Below, piece after piece: positions 20,826 to 30,963 of a stretch of DNA of 64,000 nt (within the stretch, counting starts at the first letter, position 1; every line of letters begins with the position of its first letter). The notes below the pieces were generated by a model, which had not been told where the DNA came from, ran no database searches, and was given only the letters and a program-made list of their open reading frames with translations. The position numbers and the translations under genes were made by a program. The DNA is from Terriglobia bacterium (lineage in GTDB: Bacteria; Acidobacteriota; Terriglobia; 20CM-2-55-15), in assembly GCA_965198225.1 (NCBI GenBank), contig CBDAOY010000005.1:576001-640000 (forward strand), in the 5' to 3' direction.

Positions 20826-21984
20826 TCAGGAGATGGCGGCGCCCATCGAAGCGATTCTGGACAGAGGTCTGGGCGGGGGGACCCTTTCGGCGGAGGATGG
20901 GTACCGGCTGCTGAATTGTCTGGATTCCGAAGTGGATGCCCTGATCCGAGTTGCAGGCACCTTGCGGGATCAGTTCAAAGGCCGGACCGTCACCCATTCG
21001 CTGAAGATTTTCCTGCCGGTAACGAACCTGTGCCGGGACCGCTGCTCCTACTGCACGTTCCGCAAGGACCCCAACGATCCCGATGCGTGGACGATGACGC
21101 CCGAGGAGATCGACCACGCCTTGCGACTCGGGAGCGCGCAGGGCTGCAAGGAAGCACTGATGTGTCTGGGCGACAAGCCGGAGCTGGCGTTTCCCCAGTA
21201 TCGGGAAACCCTCGACGAGTTCGGACACCGCACCACCGCCGAATATGTGGGGCGGGCCTGCACGATTGCCGCTGAGCATGGATTTCTGCCGCACACGAAC
21301 GCCGGCATCCTGAGTTACGAAGAGATGGAGCAGCTCAAGCCGGTCAATGCAAGCCTGGGTCTCATGGTCGAGAACGTCAGCCCGAGGCTCTCCCAGCGAG
21401 GGATGCCTCACTTTTCCGCTCCGGACAAGGACCCAGCCGTCCGTTTACGGATGTTGCGCGAAGCGGGAGAGCTGTCGATAGCGTTTACCACCGGCATCCT
21501 CATTGGAATTGGAGAAACCCGCGATGAAGTCGTCGACAGTCTCATCGCGATCCGGGAGATCCACGCGACCTACGGGCACATCCAGGAAGTCATCATCCAG
21601 AATTTCCGGGCCAAGCCGGACACCCGGATGGCCGGAGCACCGGAGCCGGAGGCTGTGGAAATGGCCAGGACTGTGGCTACCGCCCGGCTCTTGCTCGGGG
21701 GCAACATGAACATTCAGGCGCCGCCGAACTTGAGTCCGAACGATCACCGGCTGCTGCTGCGGTCCGGCATCAACGACTGGGGCGGAATCTCCCCTGTCAC
21801 CCAGGACTACATCAATCCTGAGGCAGCCTGGCCCCACATCGAGACGCTGGCCCAGACCTGTCGCGAGGAAGGCTTTACGCTGCGGGAGCGGCTGGCGATC
21901 TACGACGAGTACATCGAACGAGAGCACTTCCTCCCCGCCGGTCTACGGCCTCTCGTTTCAGAACTCCAGGGCGTGATTGCATGA
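20812..21984 (+). CDS. cofG: FO synthase subunit CofG (radical SAM)
   Basis: CRDRCSYC, GCKEAL, LPHTNAG, EVIIQNF, IQAPPNL and GINDWGGISPVT.DYINPE motifs. The start is uncertain because it abuts an IS end. Confidence 0.9.
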   Translation: MEIPAQEMAAPIEAILDRGLGGGTLSAEDGYRLLNCLDSEVDALIRVAGTLRDQFKGRTVTHSLKIFLPVTNLCRDRCSYCTFRKDPNDPDAWTMTPEEIDHALRLGSAQGCKEALMCLGDKPELAFPQYRETLDEFGHRTTAEYVGRACTIAAEHGFLPHTNAGILSYEEMEQLKPVNASLGLMVENVSPRLSQRGMPHFSAPDKDPAVRLRMLREAGELSIAFTTGILIGIGETRDEVVDSLIAIREIHATYGHIQEVIIQNFRAKPDTRMAGAPEPEAVEMARTVATARLLLGGNMNIQAPPNLSPNDHRLLLRSGINDWGGISPVTQDYINPEAAWPHIETLAQTCREEGFTLRERLAIYDEYIEREHFLPAGLRPLVSELQGVIA

Positions 21985-23273
21985 CGCAACAAGAAAAGAG
22001 GGACCCTATGACACGCGAGAAGCTTCCGTCTCTGCCGGGAAACGTCGATTCGGATGTAAGCCGGATTCTCTACCGTGCATTGGAAGGCGAAGAGATTTCC
22101 TGGAAGGAGGCGCTCCGCCTGTGCGAGACAAGCGGAGCGGATTTCCACGCGACGGTGTTTGCTGCCGACCAGCTCCGGCAGCGCCAGGTGGGCGACCGGG
22201 TGACCTACGTCATAAACCGCAACATCAACTTCACCAACGTATGCGTGAAGCATTGCGGTTTCTGCGCATTCAGCCGGACGTACCGCAACGAACAGGGCTA
22301 CATGTTGAGCACGGAAGAGATCGTTCGGCGCGCGCGTGAGGCGGTGGACATGGGGGCGACGGAGGTTTGCATGCAGGCCGGCATGCCCCCGGACATGGAT
22401 AGCTATTTGTATGTCGAGCTGACGCGAGAAGTGAAAAAAGCGGTTCCGGAGGTCCATATCCACGCGTTCTCTCCCGAAGAGGTGCTCTACGGCGCGACGC
22501 GTTCGGGGACCTCAATCCTCCAGTATCTGGAAGCCCTGAAGGAAGCGGGGCTCGGATCCCTGCCCGGCACTTCGGCCGAAATCCTGGACCAGGAAGTCCG
22601 CGACATGATTTCCCCCGGACGGATTACGGTCAATGAGTGGATCGAAGTCATCACCGCGGCTCATGGCCTGGGCATCCCGACGACTTCGACGATCATGTAC
22701 GGCCATATCGAGACACCGAGGCATTGGGTCCGCCACATGGACCTGTTGCGGGATATTCAGCACGACACCCATGGCATCACTGAATTCGTTCCGCTTTCGA
22801 TGATCTCCGAGGAAGCCCCGATGTATCAGCATCGCCGGTTCGAGAATATTCGCCCCGGTCCCACCGGGATGGAGGTTATCAAGCTCCATGCGGTCGCGAG
22901 GCTGATGCTGGGAGCTTCGATCCCGAATCTCCAGTCCTCCTGGGTAAAGGAAGGTCCGAAGATGGCGCAGTACCTGCTCGCGGCCGGCGCCAACGATGTA
23001 GGGGGTACGCTGATCAACGAAAGCATCTCGACCTCGGCCGGTGCGCAGTACGGTCAGCTGATTCAGCCCCGGGAGCTGCGGCGGATGATCCGGGATGTGG
23101 GACGCATACCCGCCCAACGCAAGACCAACTACGATTTGCTCAAGGTATACGACAGCGACACGGCCGAGGCCGAGGGCGTCACGCCGCTGGACTTCGTCGA
23201 AGACGCCGACGAGCGATTCGGCTCCTACAGCAAGCTTACCGCAGCGAAGGAATTCCGTTACGCCCGGAAATAG
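21981..23273 (+). CDS. cofH: FO synthase subunit CofH (radical SAM)
   Basis: NRNINFTNVC..HCGFC, PGTSAEIL, TIMYGH, QSSWVKEG and GGTLINESIS motifs, translationally coupled to cofG. Confidence 0.88.
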   Translation: MTQQEKRDPMTREKLPSLPGNVDSDVSRILYRALEGEEISWKEALRLCETSGADFHATVFAADQLRQRQVGDRVTYVINRNINFTNVCVKHCGFCAFSRTYRNEQGYMLSTEEIVRRAREAVDMGATEVCMQAGMPPDMDSYLYVELTREVKKAVPEVHIHAFSPEEVLYGATRSGTSILQYLEALKEAGLGSLPGTSAEILDQEVRDMISPGRITVNEWIEVITAAHGLGIPTTSTIMYGHIETPRHWVRHMDLLRDIQHDTHGITEFVPLSMISEEAPMYQHRRFENIRPGPTGMEVIKLHAVARLMLGASIPNLQSSWVKEGPKMAQYLLAAGANDVGGTLINESISTSAGAQYGQLIQPRELRRMIRDVGRIPAQRKTNYDLLKVYDSDTAEAEGVTPLDFVEDADERFGSYSKLTAAKEFRYARK

Positions 23274-23317
23274 CTTGAACTTGATAATGCCCTTTCGATT
23301 ATCGGAGGAATCCACCC

Positions 23318-24694
23318 ATGAGCTCTTGGAAAACCATGTTCCAACTGCCCGGTCGGACGTTTTTTGGCAACCGGGACGCGCGATCCCTCCGGTTGGCATT
23401 CGTCGCGGGGGCGATCCTGCTCCTTCTGATTCCCGCCACCGGGCTGGCAATGATGCAGCGCTCCCCTGTCACGCGACCCTATGTCGAGTTGCAGCATCCA
23501 GCTATCCGGTATTACACGAGCACGCCCACCGACCCGGTCGCAAAACTCATGGCCCAAGTGAAAGAGGGAGAGGTCGCGCTCGATTACGACAATGCGAACG
23601 GATACCTGCCGTCTCTTTTGAGCGAGCTGGACATCGACGTGTCGTCACAACTGCTCGTCGCATCCAAGACGAGCCTCCAGATCGACCTCATCTCGCCCCG
23701 GACTCCCCGAGCCATCTACTTCAATGACAGCGTCTACATCGCGGCGGTGCAGGGGAGCTCGGTCCTGGAGATCTCGACGGTCGACCCGAAGTTGGGGGCA
23801 GTCTTCTACACCGTCGAACGGGAGCCGGACCTGGGAGCGAAGTTCGAACGCAAGATGGGCCTCTGTCTTCAGTGTCACAATCCGTCGTTGCCGAGCCATG
23901 TGATGACTTCGGTCATTCCGGACCCGCGCGGCCAGCCCATCTTCACGGCCGGTCTCTTCAGCACTAGCGACCAGAGCCCGTTTCCGGAACGATGGGGTGG
24001 GTGGTACGTCACCGGCACGCATGGCGGCCAGGTGCATATGGGGAACCTGATCGCCGACGTCCCACCGTCCCCGCCCGGAATATCGCGCACCCCGGTGAAG
24101 GTGGACCGGAGCGAAGGCGCCAACCGTACCGAGTTGGTCGTGGACACCACGCCCTACCTGGGTGATCACAGCGATATCGTGGCGTTGATGGTTTTGGGTC
24201 ACCAGGTGAACGTCGGCAACCTGATCACGAACCTGGGCTACGAAACGCGGAAGACACTCCACGCGGAGCAGGACCGCGAGGCAGGGGACTTATCGCCGGA
24301 AGCGCGGAGTCGCATCAAGGAAGCGGCCGACTTGCTGGTGCGAGCGATGCTGTTTGTCGGCGAGGAGCCGCTGACGTCCCCGATCGACGGCACGTCGGGC
24401 TTCACCGATCATTTCGCGAGCCGGGGGCCGCTAGACAGCGAGGGCCGGTCGCTCCGGCAACTGGACCTCAACCGGAGGCTCTTCCGCTACCCGCTCAGCT
24501 ACCTCATCTATTCCGACTCTTTCCAGGGTCTGCCCGAGATCGCCCGTCATCAGGTTTACCAGCGATTGTGGGATGTGCTCGGGGGTGAGGACCGGAGCCG
24601 CACGTTTGCGCACCTGTCCGAGGTAGACCGTAGAGCGATCCTCGAAATCCTGAAGGACACCGACCCGGGGTTCGTGGCGTGGCGGGCGGAGTAA
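23318..24694 (+). CDS. Exported hypothetical protein with one CxxCH heme-binding motif
   Basis: N-terminal hydrophobic segment plus CLQCH, ERWGGWYVTG and SDIVALMV.GHQ. Confidence 0.75.
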   Translation: MSSWKTMFQLPGRTFFGNRDARSLRLAFVAGAILLLLIPATGLAMMQRSPVTRPYVELQHPAIRYYTSTPTDPVAKLMAQVKEGEVALDYDNANGYLPSLLSELDIDVSSQLLVASKTSLQIDLISPRTPRAIYFNDSVYIAAVQGSSVLEISTVDPKLGAVFYTVEREPDLGAKFERKMGLCLQCHNPSLPSHVMTSVIPDPRGQPIFTAGLFSTSDQSPFPERWGGWYVTGTHGGQVHMGNLIADVPPSPPGISRTPVKVDRSEGANRTELVVDTTPYLGDHSDIVALMVLGHQVNVGNLITNLGYETRKTLHAEQDREAGDLSPEARSRIKEAADLLVRAMLFVGEEPLTSPIDGTSGFTDHFASRGPLDSEGRSLRQLDLNRRLFRYPLSYLIYSDSFQGLPEIARHQVYQRLWDVLGGEDRSRTFAHLSEVDRRAILEILKDTDPGFVAWRAE

Positions 24695-25019
24695 CCCACA
24701 GTACCGCTGCTCAAGTGACGCGCTGAAAGAGGCTGGTGCACCTGATCGGATTGGCCGAAGCCCCAAGGCTTTCCTCTGCTGCCGTCCGACCGCCCAAGGG
24801 GTTTGGCTATCCAATTTGCTATCGAATGCGAGTGACGGCTGGCCGCTTAGGAGCCGTCGGTGATGGGCATTGATCGTGACAGACAATGATCGACCCCGGG
24901 CAGATGTTTGAATAGGGCAGAATCGTGGGCGCGTACGCCAAATTCATGGCCTTTCGCTTCGCGAACGGCCCCTCGGCGCAGCGGTACGACTGAGAATAAT
25001 CGTCTATGGAACCGTCTCA

Positions 25020-25175
25020 GAAAACGAACGTCTTGATAGACGATATATGAACTACATAATGTTCTGGATACTATGGCCGTTAACTGTCGCAAACAGGCCG
25101 CGTTTAGTCTTTTCTTGGACGCCGCGTTGAAAACCGTCGCCTGCATCGGCAGCGCCACTCGTTCGCAGGATCGCT
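25020..25175 (+). repeat. Resolvase 5'/res-region remnant, homologous to 48410-48560 (inverted)
   Basis: Shares AAACGAACGTCTT, TGTCGCAAACAG and CTTTTCTTGGACGCCGCGTTGAAAACCGTC. Confidence 0.75.
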
Positions 25176-25205
25176 CCGGGCCGACCAGAAAGCCCGGTCC
25201 GCCCG

Positions 25206-25397
25206 TCAGAGGCGTTTTTGAATCCATCCTTTCCACACCAGATAGAGCACCAGCACAGTGAAAGGCAGGACCACAAAAACCGTCAGAGCCACGGTGAAGA
25301 AGAACCGCACCAGCAACCACAACGAGACGTAGAAGGCGATAACTAAAAACAGCCCCAACAGCAGATACCGATAGAACTTGCGACCGAGGTCCGCCAT
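25206..25397 (-). CDS. Small hydrophobic membrane protein (63 aa)
   Basis: Two TM-like stretches. The start is uncertain. Confidence 0.5.
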   Translation of the reverse strand: MADLGRKFYRYLLLGLFLVIAFYVSLWLLVRFFFTVALTVFVVLPFTVLVLYLVWKGWIQKRL

Positions 25398-25399
25398 CC

Positions 25400-25600
25400 C
25401 AGGAAACCGGGCCAGTCTGGCCGGTGAATGTTCTGGCCCAGATCCGGCGGCAGCCCGATCGCCCGCAAAAATCGCAACCTTTCCAGAAGGGAATGCAGGC
25501 TCGTCGCGCTGGTTGAATGCGGACGGCCGCGCAGCCAGCTCAGACGGGACTGGCCAATTGCGGGATCGTTCTTCAGCATGTTTGGATCTAATGGGGTGGA
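25400..25600 (-). pseudogene. Tn3 transposase internal fragment
   Basis: GQSRLSWLR......SL..LLERLRFLRAIGL......IH motif of the TnpA N-terminal region. Confidence 0.65.
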
Positions 25601-25616
25601 CTTTAACCACAGGCTT

Positions 25617-28600
25617 CTAGAACTCGTAGCGCAAGCCAAACTGTATGACGCGCGGCGGGATCAGCACCTGGGAGTAGTTGCCAAAGCTGCCGGGGAAGAC
25701 GAACGAGAGCGTTTCCCAAGCGTCGGGGTTGAACCGAACGCTGTTCGTCACATTGAAGGCCTCGGCCCGAAACTGAAGGTTGTGTCCCTCGAACGGCATC
25801 GGGAAGCGCTTTCCGATGGCCATGTCAATCGAGAATATCCCGTCGCCGCGCAGATTGTTCCGTTGCCCGATTTCGCCGGGCAAGACTTGCCGGAACGAGG
25901 CCAATGCCGCTGCGGGATCGCTGAAGACGTTCGGTCCCGTGCCCCCTCCGATCAACCGGGCGTTCTTCGTGTTCGTCTGTTCCGGGACCGGTCCCACCGG
26001 TTCGGCAAAATGCTGATAGCAATAGCATGTCGGCCAAGCCAGACCGTTCAACACACTGAGGGGAAGGCCTGACGTCAAGCGCAACAATCCGCTGACCTGC
26101 CAATCGCCAAGCACGGCTTGGCCCGCCGGCCCCAGGCTGGGCAGCAGAGGCTTCCCTTGGCCGACCGGCAACTCGACGACCCAGTTGGCGTTCCATTGGT
26201 GGCGCATGTCGAAATCGGAGACGGCCCGCTGCGCCTCCCGGTCCCAGGAATTGATGACGCTGAACGTCGACCAATAGGTGTCTCCCGGAATCTGGCCGAA
26301 CCTTTCACCCTGGCTGCGGCGGGCGCCAACCGACACCAAGTCCGTGGACTTGGACAAGGTGTAGTTCAGGTGGAACTGGTACCCTTGCGAGAAGGCCTTG
26401 CGCAGCGATACCTGCATCGAGTGATAGGTGGAGGTTCCGAAGGACCGGAGCGCATCGAAGGCCCAGAACTGGGGGTTCATGAACGTCCCTTGCCCCAGAT
26501 CGCTGCAGAACGGGGCGCAGGCGTAATCGAGATAGTAGAGCGCCGTGCCGGTATCGGGACTGCTGGACCGGATGACGTCGTAGACGCGCTGAGTCGCCGT
26601 GGCCTCCGGTTTGGCGGCTCCGGAATAGACGTTCTCCCAGAACCCGATGGGCGACACGTCTCCGGTCGGCACCCCGCGGCGCACCATGCCTTCGAGTTCC
26701 TGGAGCGAATCCATCAAATATTCGCCGGACGCGGGATCCCTGAAGTTGGTGTACTGAGCCGCGGCCGTGTCGTTGACGAGCAGTCTGCGACCGAGTCTGC
26801 CAACATAGCCGACCTCCACGAGGAACCCGCCGTCCAACTCACGGGCGATAGAGAAGGTGGGGTTGATGCTATAGGGCGGCCGCACGCTGGAGTCGACTCC
26901 CTGGCTCCATCCCAGTCCGGTTGGGTTTGGCGTGCCCGGCCCTCCTGGCGGTGGCGGCAAGATCCCTCCAGCGGGGGGGTCTGAAATCCCGGCGAAGCGA
27001 GGCGCCGTCGCCACAGTGAAGTCCTGCTTGGTCACCTTGCTGGTGAGGCCGAACGCGTTCCGGTCCAGCATCTGCATCATGCCCATCCCGAAGCTGCTGT
27101 AGAAGATGCCCACCCCGGCCCGGATCGATGTCTGGCCCGGGCTGCCGAACAGCTTGCCCAGAAAACCATCGGAGACATCCGGCGAGAAGGCCACGGAAAG
27201 TCGGGGCGAGAAATTCTTGTAATGGGTGGCCCACAGCGGGCCCCCTTGCGCATCGTCGGCCGGCACGAAGCCGATGGGTCCTGCTTCGCGGGAGGGACGG
27301 CCGTTCGCCGCCAAGTCCAGGCGCTGAGCGATGTAGGAGTCGAGATCCGGCGTGATGCTGACCTGGAGTCCATTCACCTCCCGAACCGGTGGCATGATGG
27401 ACCAACGCAGGCCGGCCGTGATTGTCAAGCCGGGCCTGACGCGCCAGATGTCCTGGAAGTAGAGCTCCAATTGTTCCGCACCGAAAGTTCGGCTCGTGGG
27501 GTCTCCCAGGGGCAACGGATTGCCCTCCAGGTCGTAGTTGTAATTGGCATCGTAGAAGTTGAGGACCCCCAGGGCGGTCGCCATGGTCTCCCGGTAGACT
27601 CCGGGGTTGGCGGGCGGGACGGGGAGCGGCCCGTCGAAGATCGTGGAGGCGTCGGGAAATGCCCAGGCGGCCTGTTTCGCGAAGTGATAGCTGCTGTCGT
27701 AACTCAAGCTGCGATTCCGAGTCGAAAAGAATGCCCCGCCGAACTGCAGGAAGTGCAGGCCACGTGTGACGGAGAAGTTTGCCGTCGCTGTCTGCGTCGG
27801 CACGTAGGTGTCCCGGGGAGTCGTCGCGCCCAGGATATCGTCAATGATGCTGTCTCCGAGACTGGCCCGGGATGCTGTCTGGACACCCGAAACATTCAGC
27901 TTCTGGGCACTGAATCCGTAGCGGAAGGCGCCGATGACGTTGCCGCCGAACGTGCCGTCGTATCCGAATGCCAACCCGCGGCTGGTGTCGGCCGTCTCGC
28001 TGTTAGAGGGCTGGCCGGGAAACTGGGGCACGCTCGAGATGCGGTCGTTCTGGTAGTTGGCACGCAGGAACATGCGGTGCAGACCGGTGCTATCGGCCGC
28101 CCAGTCGATCTTGGAAACGAATGTGTTCCAGGCCAGGGGCGTCGAGGCCGTGAACCGGTATCCCGCCGTGTTCAAGCCATCTCCGACGGTGGAGTCGTTC
28201 GGTTCCGGAAAGGACCCGAAGTATTCGAGAGTGGCGGGATTGGGACCCGCCTGCAGAGGATCGATCCGGGTGCGGATGAATTCCGGATCGAGCGTCTCGA
28301 CATCCCCGCTGGCGCTCCTGTACCGGACGAATCCATCGCGCATCGAAGCCGTCGGAACCCGGCGCACTGCACTGCCGTCGCTGGCGTCCCGGCGGCCTTC
28401 GTAGTTCACGAAGTAGAAGAGACGATCCCTCTTGACGGGGCCGCCGATGGAGCCGCCGAAGACATTGCGGATCAGCTTGGGACGATCGACACCGGCCCTG
28501 TTGTTGAAGAAATCATTCGCCGCCGTAATCGTGTTCCGGTGAAATTCGTAGAGCGATCCGTGGACCTCGTTGGTCCCGCTTTTCGTCACCAGCGACACCT

Positions 28601-29327
28601 GCGCACCCGACGAACGGCCCTGGTCGGCATTGGCCGTGGTCGTCACCACACGGAATTCCTGAATCGAATCCAGCGTGTTGCGCAGCACGCTGGTGAACGG
28701 CGTGCGTCCGTTCTGATCGTTCACATCGACCCCGTCCAGCGTCACGTTCGACTGGTCGCTCTGGGCTCCGTTCACCGAACCATTCCGGATATCCGCCGAT
28801 CGCTGGGTGTCCAGCGGGTCCGCGCTGATGAAGGTGACACCCGCCTGCAGCGAGAGCAGCCCGGCCGGATTTCTTGCATTCAGCGGCAATTGGCTGATCG
28901 GCCTGATTCCAAACGCGTTCCCAACTGACGCATCAGTGGTATTCAGCTGTTCGGCCACGGCGGACACCGTGACGGATTCGGTGAGCGCCGCGACTTCGAA
29001 TGTCACGGGAAGCTCGACGTTCGTGTTGACGAGCAACGTGACGCCTTCAATAGTCACCGATTGGAAACCCGTCTGGGTCGCCGACAGCGTGTAGGAGCCG
29101 GGTGGGAGCTGGGCAAAGATATACAGCCCCTCATTGTTGGACAGTATGGTTCGCTGGAGGCCGTTGGCGGCGTTGGTAACGGTGATCTCGGCGCCGGGGA
29201 ACACGGCGCCGCTCTCGTCGGTGACCCGTCCGCTCAAACTGCTGGATTGAGCGTGAGAATCTGGAGCGGCGAGGGTGATTGCCATCAGAAAGATCAAGAA
29301 CAGAGAGTAGAATCGAATTGGTTCCAT
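25617..29327 (-). CDS. TonB-dependent receptor with carboxypeptidase regulatory-like N-domain
   Basis: Signal peptide, DSIQEFRV, TKSGTNEVHG, NFSPRLSVAF and C-terminal RVIQFGLRYEF. Confidence 0.93.
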   Translation of the reverse strand: MEPIRFYSLFLIFLMAITLAAPDSHAQSSSLSGRVTDESGAVFPGAEITVTNAANGLQRTILSNNEGLYIFAQLPPGSYTLSATQTGFQSVTIEGVTLLVNTNVELPVTFEVAALTESVTVSAVAEQLNTTDASVGNAFGIRPISQLPLNARNPAGLLSLQAGVTFISADPLDTQRSADIRNGSVNGAQSDQSNVTLDGVDVNDQNGRTPFTSVLRNTLDSIQEFRVVTTTANADQGRSSGAQVSLVTKSGTNEVHGSLYEFHRNTITAANDFFNNRAGVDRPKLIRNVFGGSIGGPVKRDRLFYFVNYEGRRDASDGSAVRRVPTASMRDGFVRYRSASGDVETLDPEFIRTRIDPLQAGPNPATLEYFGSFPEPNDSTVGDGLNTAGYRFTASTPLAWNTFVSKIDWAADSTGLHRMFLRANYQNDRISSVPQFPGQPSNSETADTSRGLAFGYDGTFGGNVIGAFRYGFSAQKLNVSGVQTASRASLGDSIIDDILGATTPRDTYVPTQTATANFSVTRGLHFLQFGGAFFSTRNRSLSYDSSYHFAKQAAWAFPDASTIFDGPLPVPPANPGVYRETMATALGVLNFYDANYNYDLEGNPLPLGDPTSRTFGAEQLELYFQDIWRVRPGLTITAGLRWSIMPPVREVNGLQVSITPDLDSYIAQRLDLAANGRPSREAGPIGFVPADDAQGGPLWATHYKNFSPRLSVAFSPDVSDGFLGKLFGSPGQTSIRAGVGIFYSSFGMGMMQMLDRNAFGLTSKVTKQDFTVATAPRFAGISDPPAGGILPPPPGGPGTPNPTGLGWSQGVDSSVRPPYSINPTFSIARELDGGFLVEVGYVGRLGRRLLVNDTAAAQYTNFRDPASGEYLMDSLQELEGMVRRGVPTGDVSPIGFWENVYSGAAKPEATATQRVYDVIRSSSPDTGTALYYLDYACAPFCSDLGQGTFMNPQFWAFDALRSFGTSTYHSMQVSLRKAFSQGYQFHLNYTLSKSTDLVSVGARRSQGERFGQIPGDTYWSTFSVINSWDREAQRAVSDFDMRHQWNANWVVELPVGQGKPLLPSLGPAGQAVLGDWQVSGLLRLTSGLPLSVLNGLAWPTCYCYQHFAEPVGPVPEQTNTKNARLIGGGTGPNVFSDPAAALASFRQVLPGEIGQRNNLRGDGIFSIDMAIGKRFPMPFEGHNLQFRAEAFNVTNSVRFNPDAWETLSFVFPGSFGNYSQVLIPPRVIQFGLRYEF

Positions 29328-29593
29328 TTGATTAAATTCTCCTTACCTTTACCCGGACCGCCACAGGCTGAAGCACGTCCGGCGGGGAGAGCAGGATCAC
29401 CTCCGCGCGCGGGGGACTCTTTTCTCTTGCTCGACGTTCCCGGCATCATACTCGAATGAGAATCGTAAGCTACCGTATTACACCGTAGAGTCGACGACTG
29501 GCGCGGTGGCGGTAGGCAAAGGGGGTAGCTGTTGCCGGTGGCTTTCGCCGATTCCGGTGCCTCACTCCTCGCCGTGGCTTCGTTTCCAGTCGC

Positions 29594-30912
29594 ACCGGGT
29601 GGCCGGAGGCAGTTGCCCGCCTCCGGCTCCCACAGAACGCAGCGTGCGGATTTCCCGCACTGCGCTCTTCAGAATTGGATTTACAGCACAGCGAGAGACT
29701 GGAACTCCCGATAGCGGAGAGCCAACTTGGGACGCTGTAACGGAAAGTGCAGCCGAATCCGGTTGAATACTTCCCACCGGACGAAGCCTGCACGACTACG
29801 ACTGCTGAGCATTTGGCGCCAGTAACGTTCCACGGCCCGAGCGACGTGCTGCAGAGCCTCGGTTCAGATTGTGCACTTGCTCCCGGACCGGCAAGTGACG
29901 CATTCGCCTCATCACGCCGCGTAGATGAGCCAGACTGCGTCGAAGTCGAGACTTCTCACCGCGTCGGCCGGAATTTCGCTCTCGCTTATATCCGCACCTA
30001 CCGCGCAGGGCTCTAGGTCGATGTTTGTCTTCTCGGTTGCCCGCCCTTTCGTCTGCGGGTGCCACATCATCTCGACCTTACCTTCCGCTCGGACGATACC
30101 AGGCCTCCCTGGGTCACTCGCGTCTCTTCTCCACCGTGTCGCCCGCACACACCTTGGTGCGATGGGGTGGAACCAATGCGCCTTCGCCCCAATAGTGCGG
30201 GCTCGACCATTCCCCATCTTTGGCCGACCGGTTCATCCTCGGGATGGCTCCCGTCGATTACGACCCGGTGGTTCTCCTCATGCCCTTCAGACCCCACCTC
30301 GCGGTGGGCGCCCTGCCCTCCAAAGTTTCCGTAGCTGGCTCCAGCTTTGCCTTGGCCGTATCCGGCTTTCGCCTTCGTGCCCGTTTAGGCATCTGCACTA
30401 CCTGTCTACACTTCGGCCAGTGAGGCATTACCCCCACTTGTTGGATATCGACCCGTGGCCTCGGGCCGAGCGGGACTTTAACCCGCCGGAAACGCGTGCT
30501 GCCAGGCACGCACTATCAGCCAGTCTGACTTCCGACAGGCCTTCGGGTCTTCCTCGCGTTGTTGGCTTGTCCAACCCTACAAGCTCCGCTTGAACCTGAC
30601 GGATCTCCCTTGTTCCCATGAAATCCTTGGTTGCATGCCGGCGGTACGAACCCCGGAAGCACCCCAGGGCACTTGCCATTGCGTGCCCTGCGATTCCGCC
30701 TTCCCCCTAGAGCGACAGGGTCGGCTACTTCAACCACGTTCGATTTCGGGGCTATCTTTCCGTTCACTGGTGTTCCGGCCTACTCCCTCCCTGTCTACGC
30801 TTCGCAGTGTCCGTCACCGACCACCACGCAAGACTCGGTACGTGGCTGCCGGCTAGGCTCTGCCACGGCCGCCATCTCAGGCGACTGGATCTCATGCGCT
30901 TGCAAGGCGCAA
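29594..30912 (-). mobile_element. Nested group II intron 2 (RT mostly deleted), inserted in DVI of the outer intron
   Basis: 5' TTGCG at 30912. It has its own DV (GAGCGCAGTGCGGGAAATCCGCACGCTGCGTTC) and a DVI ending ACCCGGT. A maturase C-terminal remnant lies at about 29676-29940. Confidence 0.85.
29950..30513 (-). mobile_element. Nested group II intron 3, 5' part only, inserted in DIII of intron 2
   Basis: GTGCGTGCC...GCACGC...GGCGGGTTAAAGTCCCG starts right after AGTCAGACTGGCTGATA. DI motifs GTAGACAG and GAGCCC..GGGCGAAGGC are present. The 3' limit is approximate. Confidence 0.75.
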
Positions 30913-30963
30913 CGCTCATCGAACCGGACATGCGGATTTCCCGCATCCGGCTCTCGGACGAGA

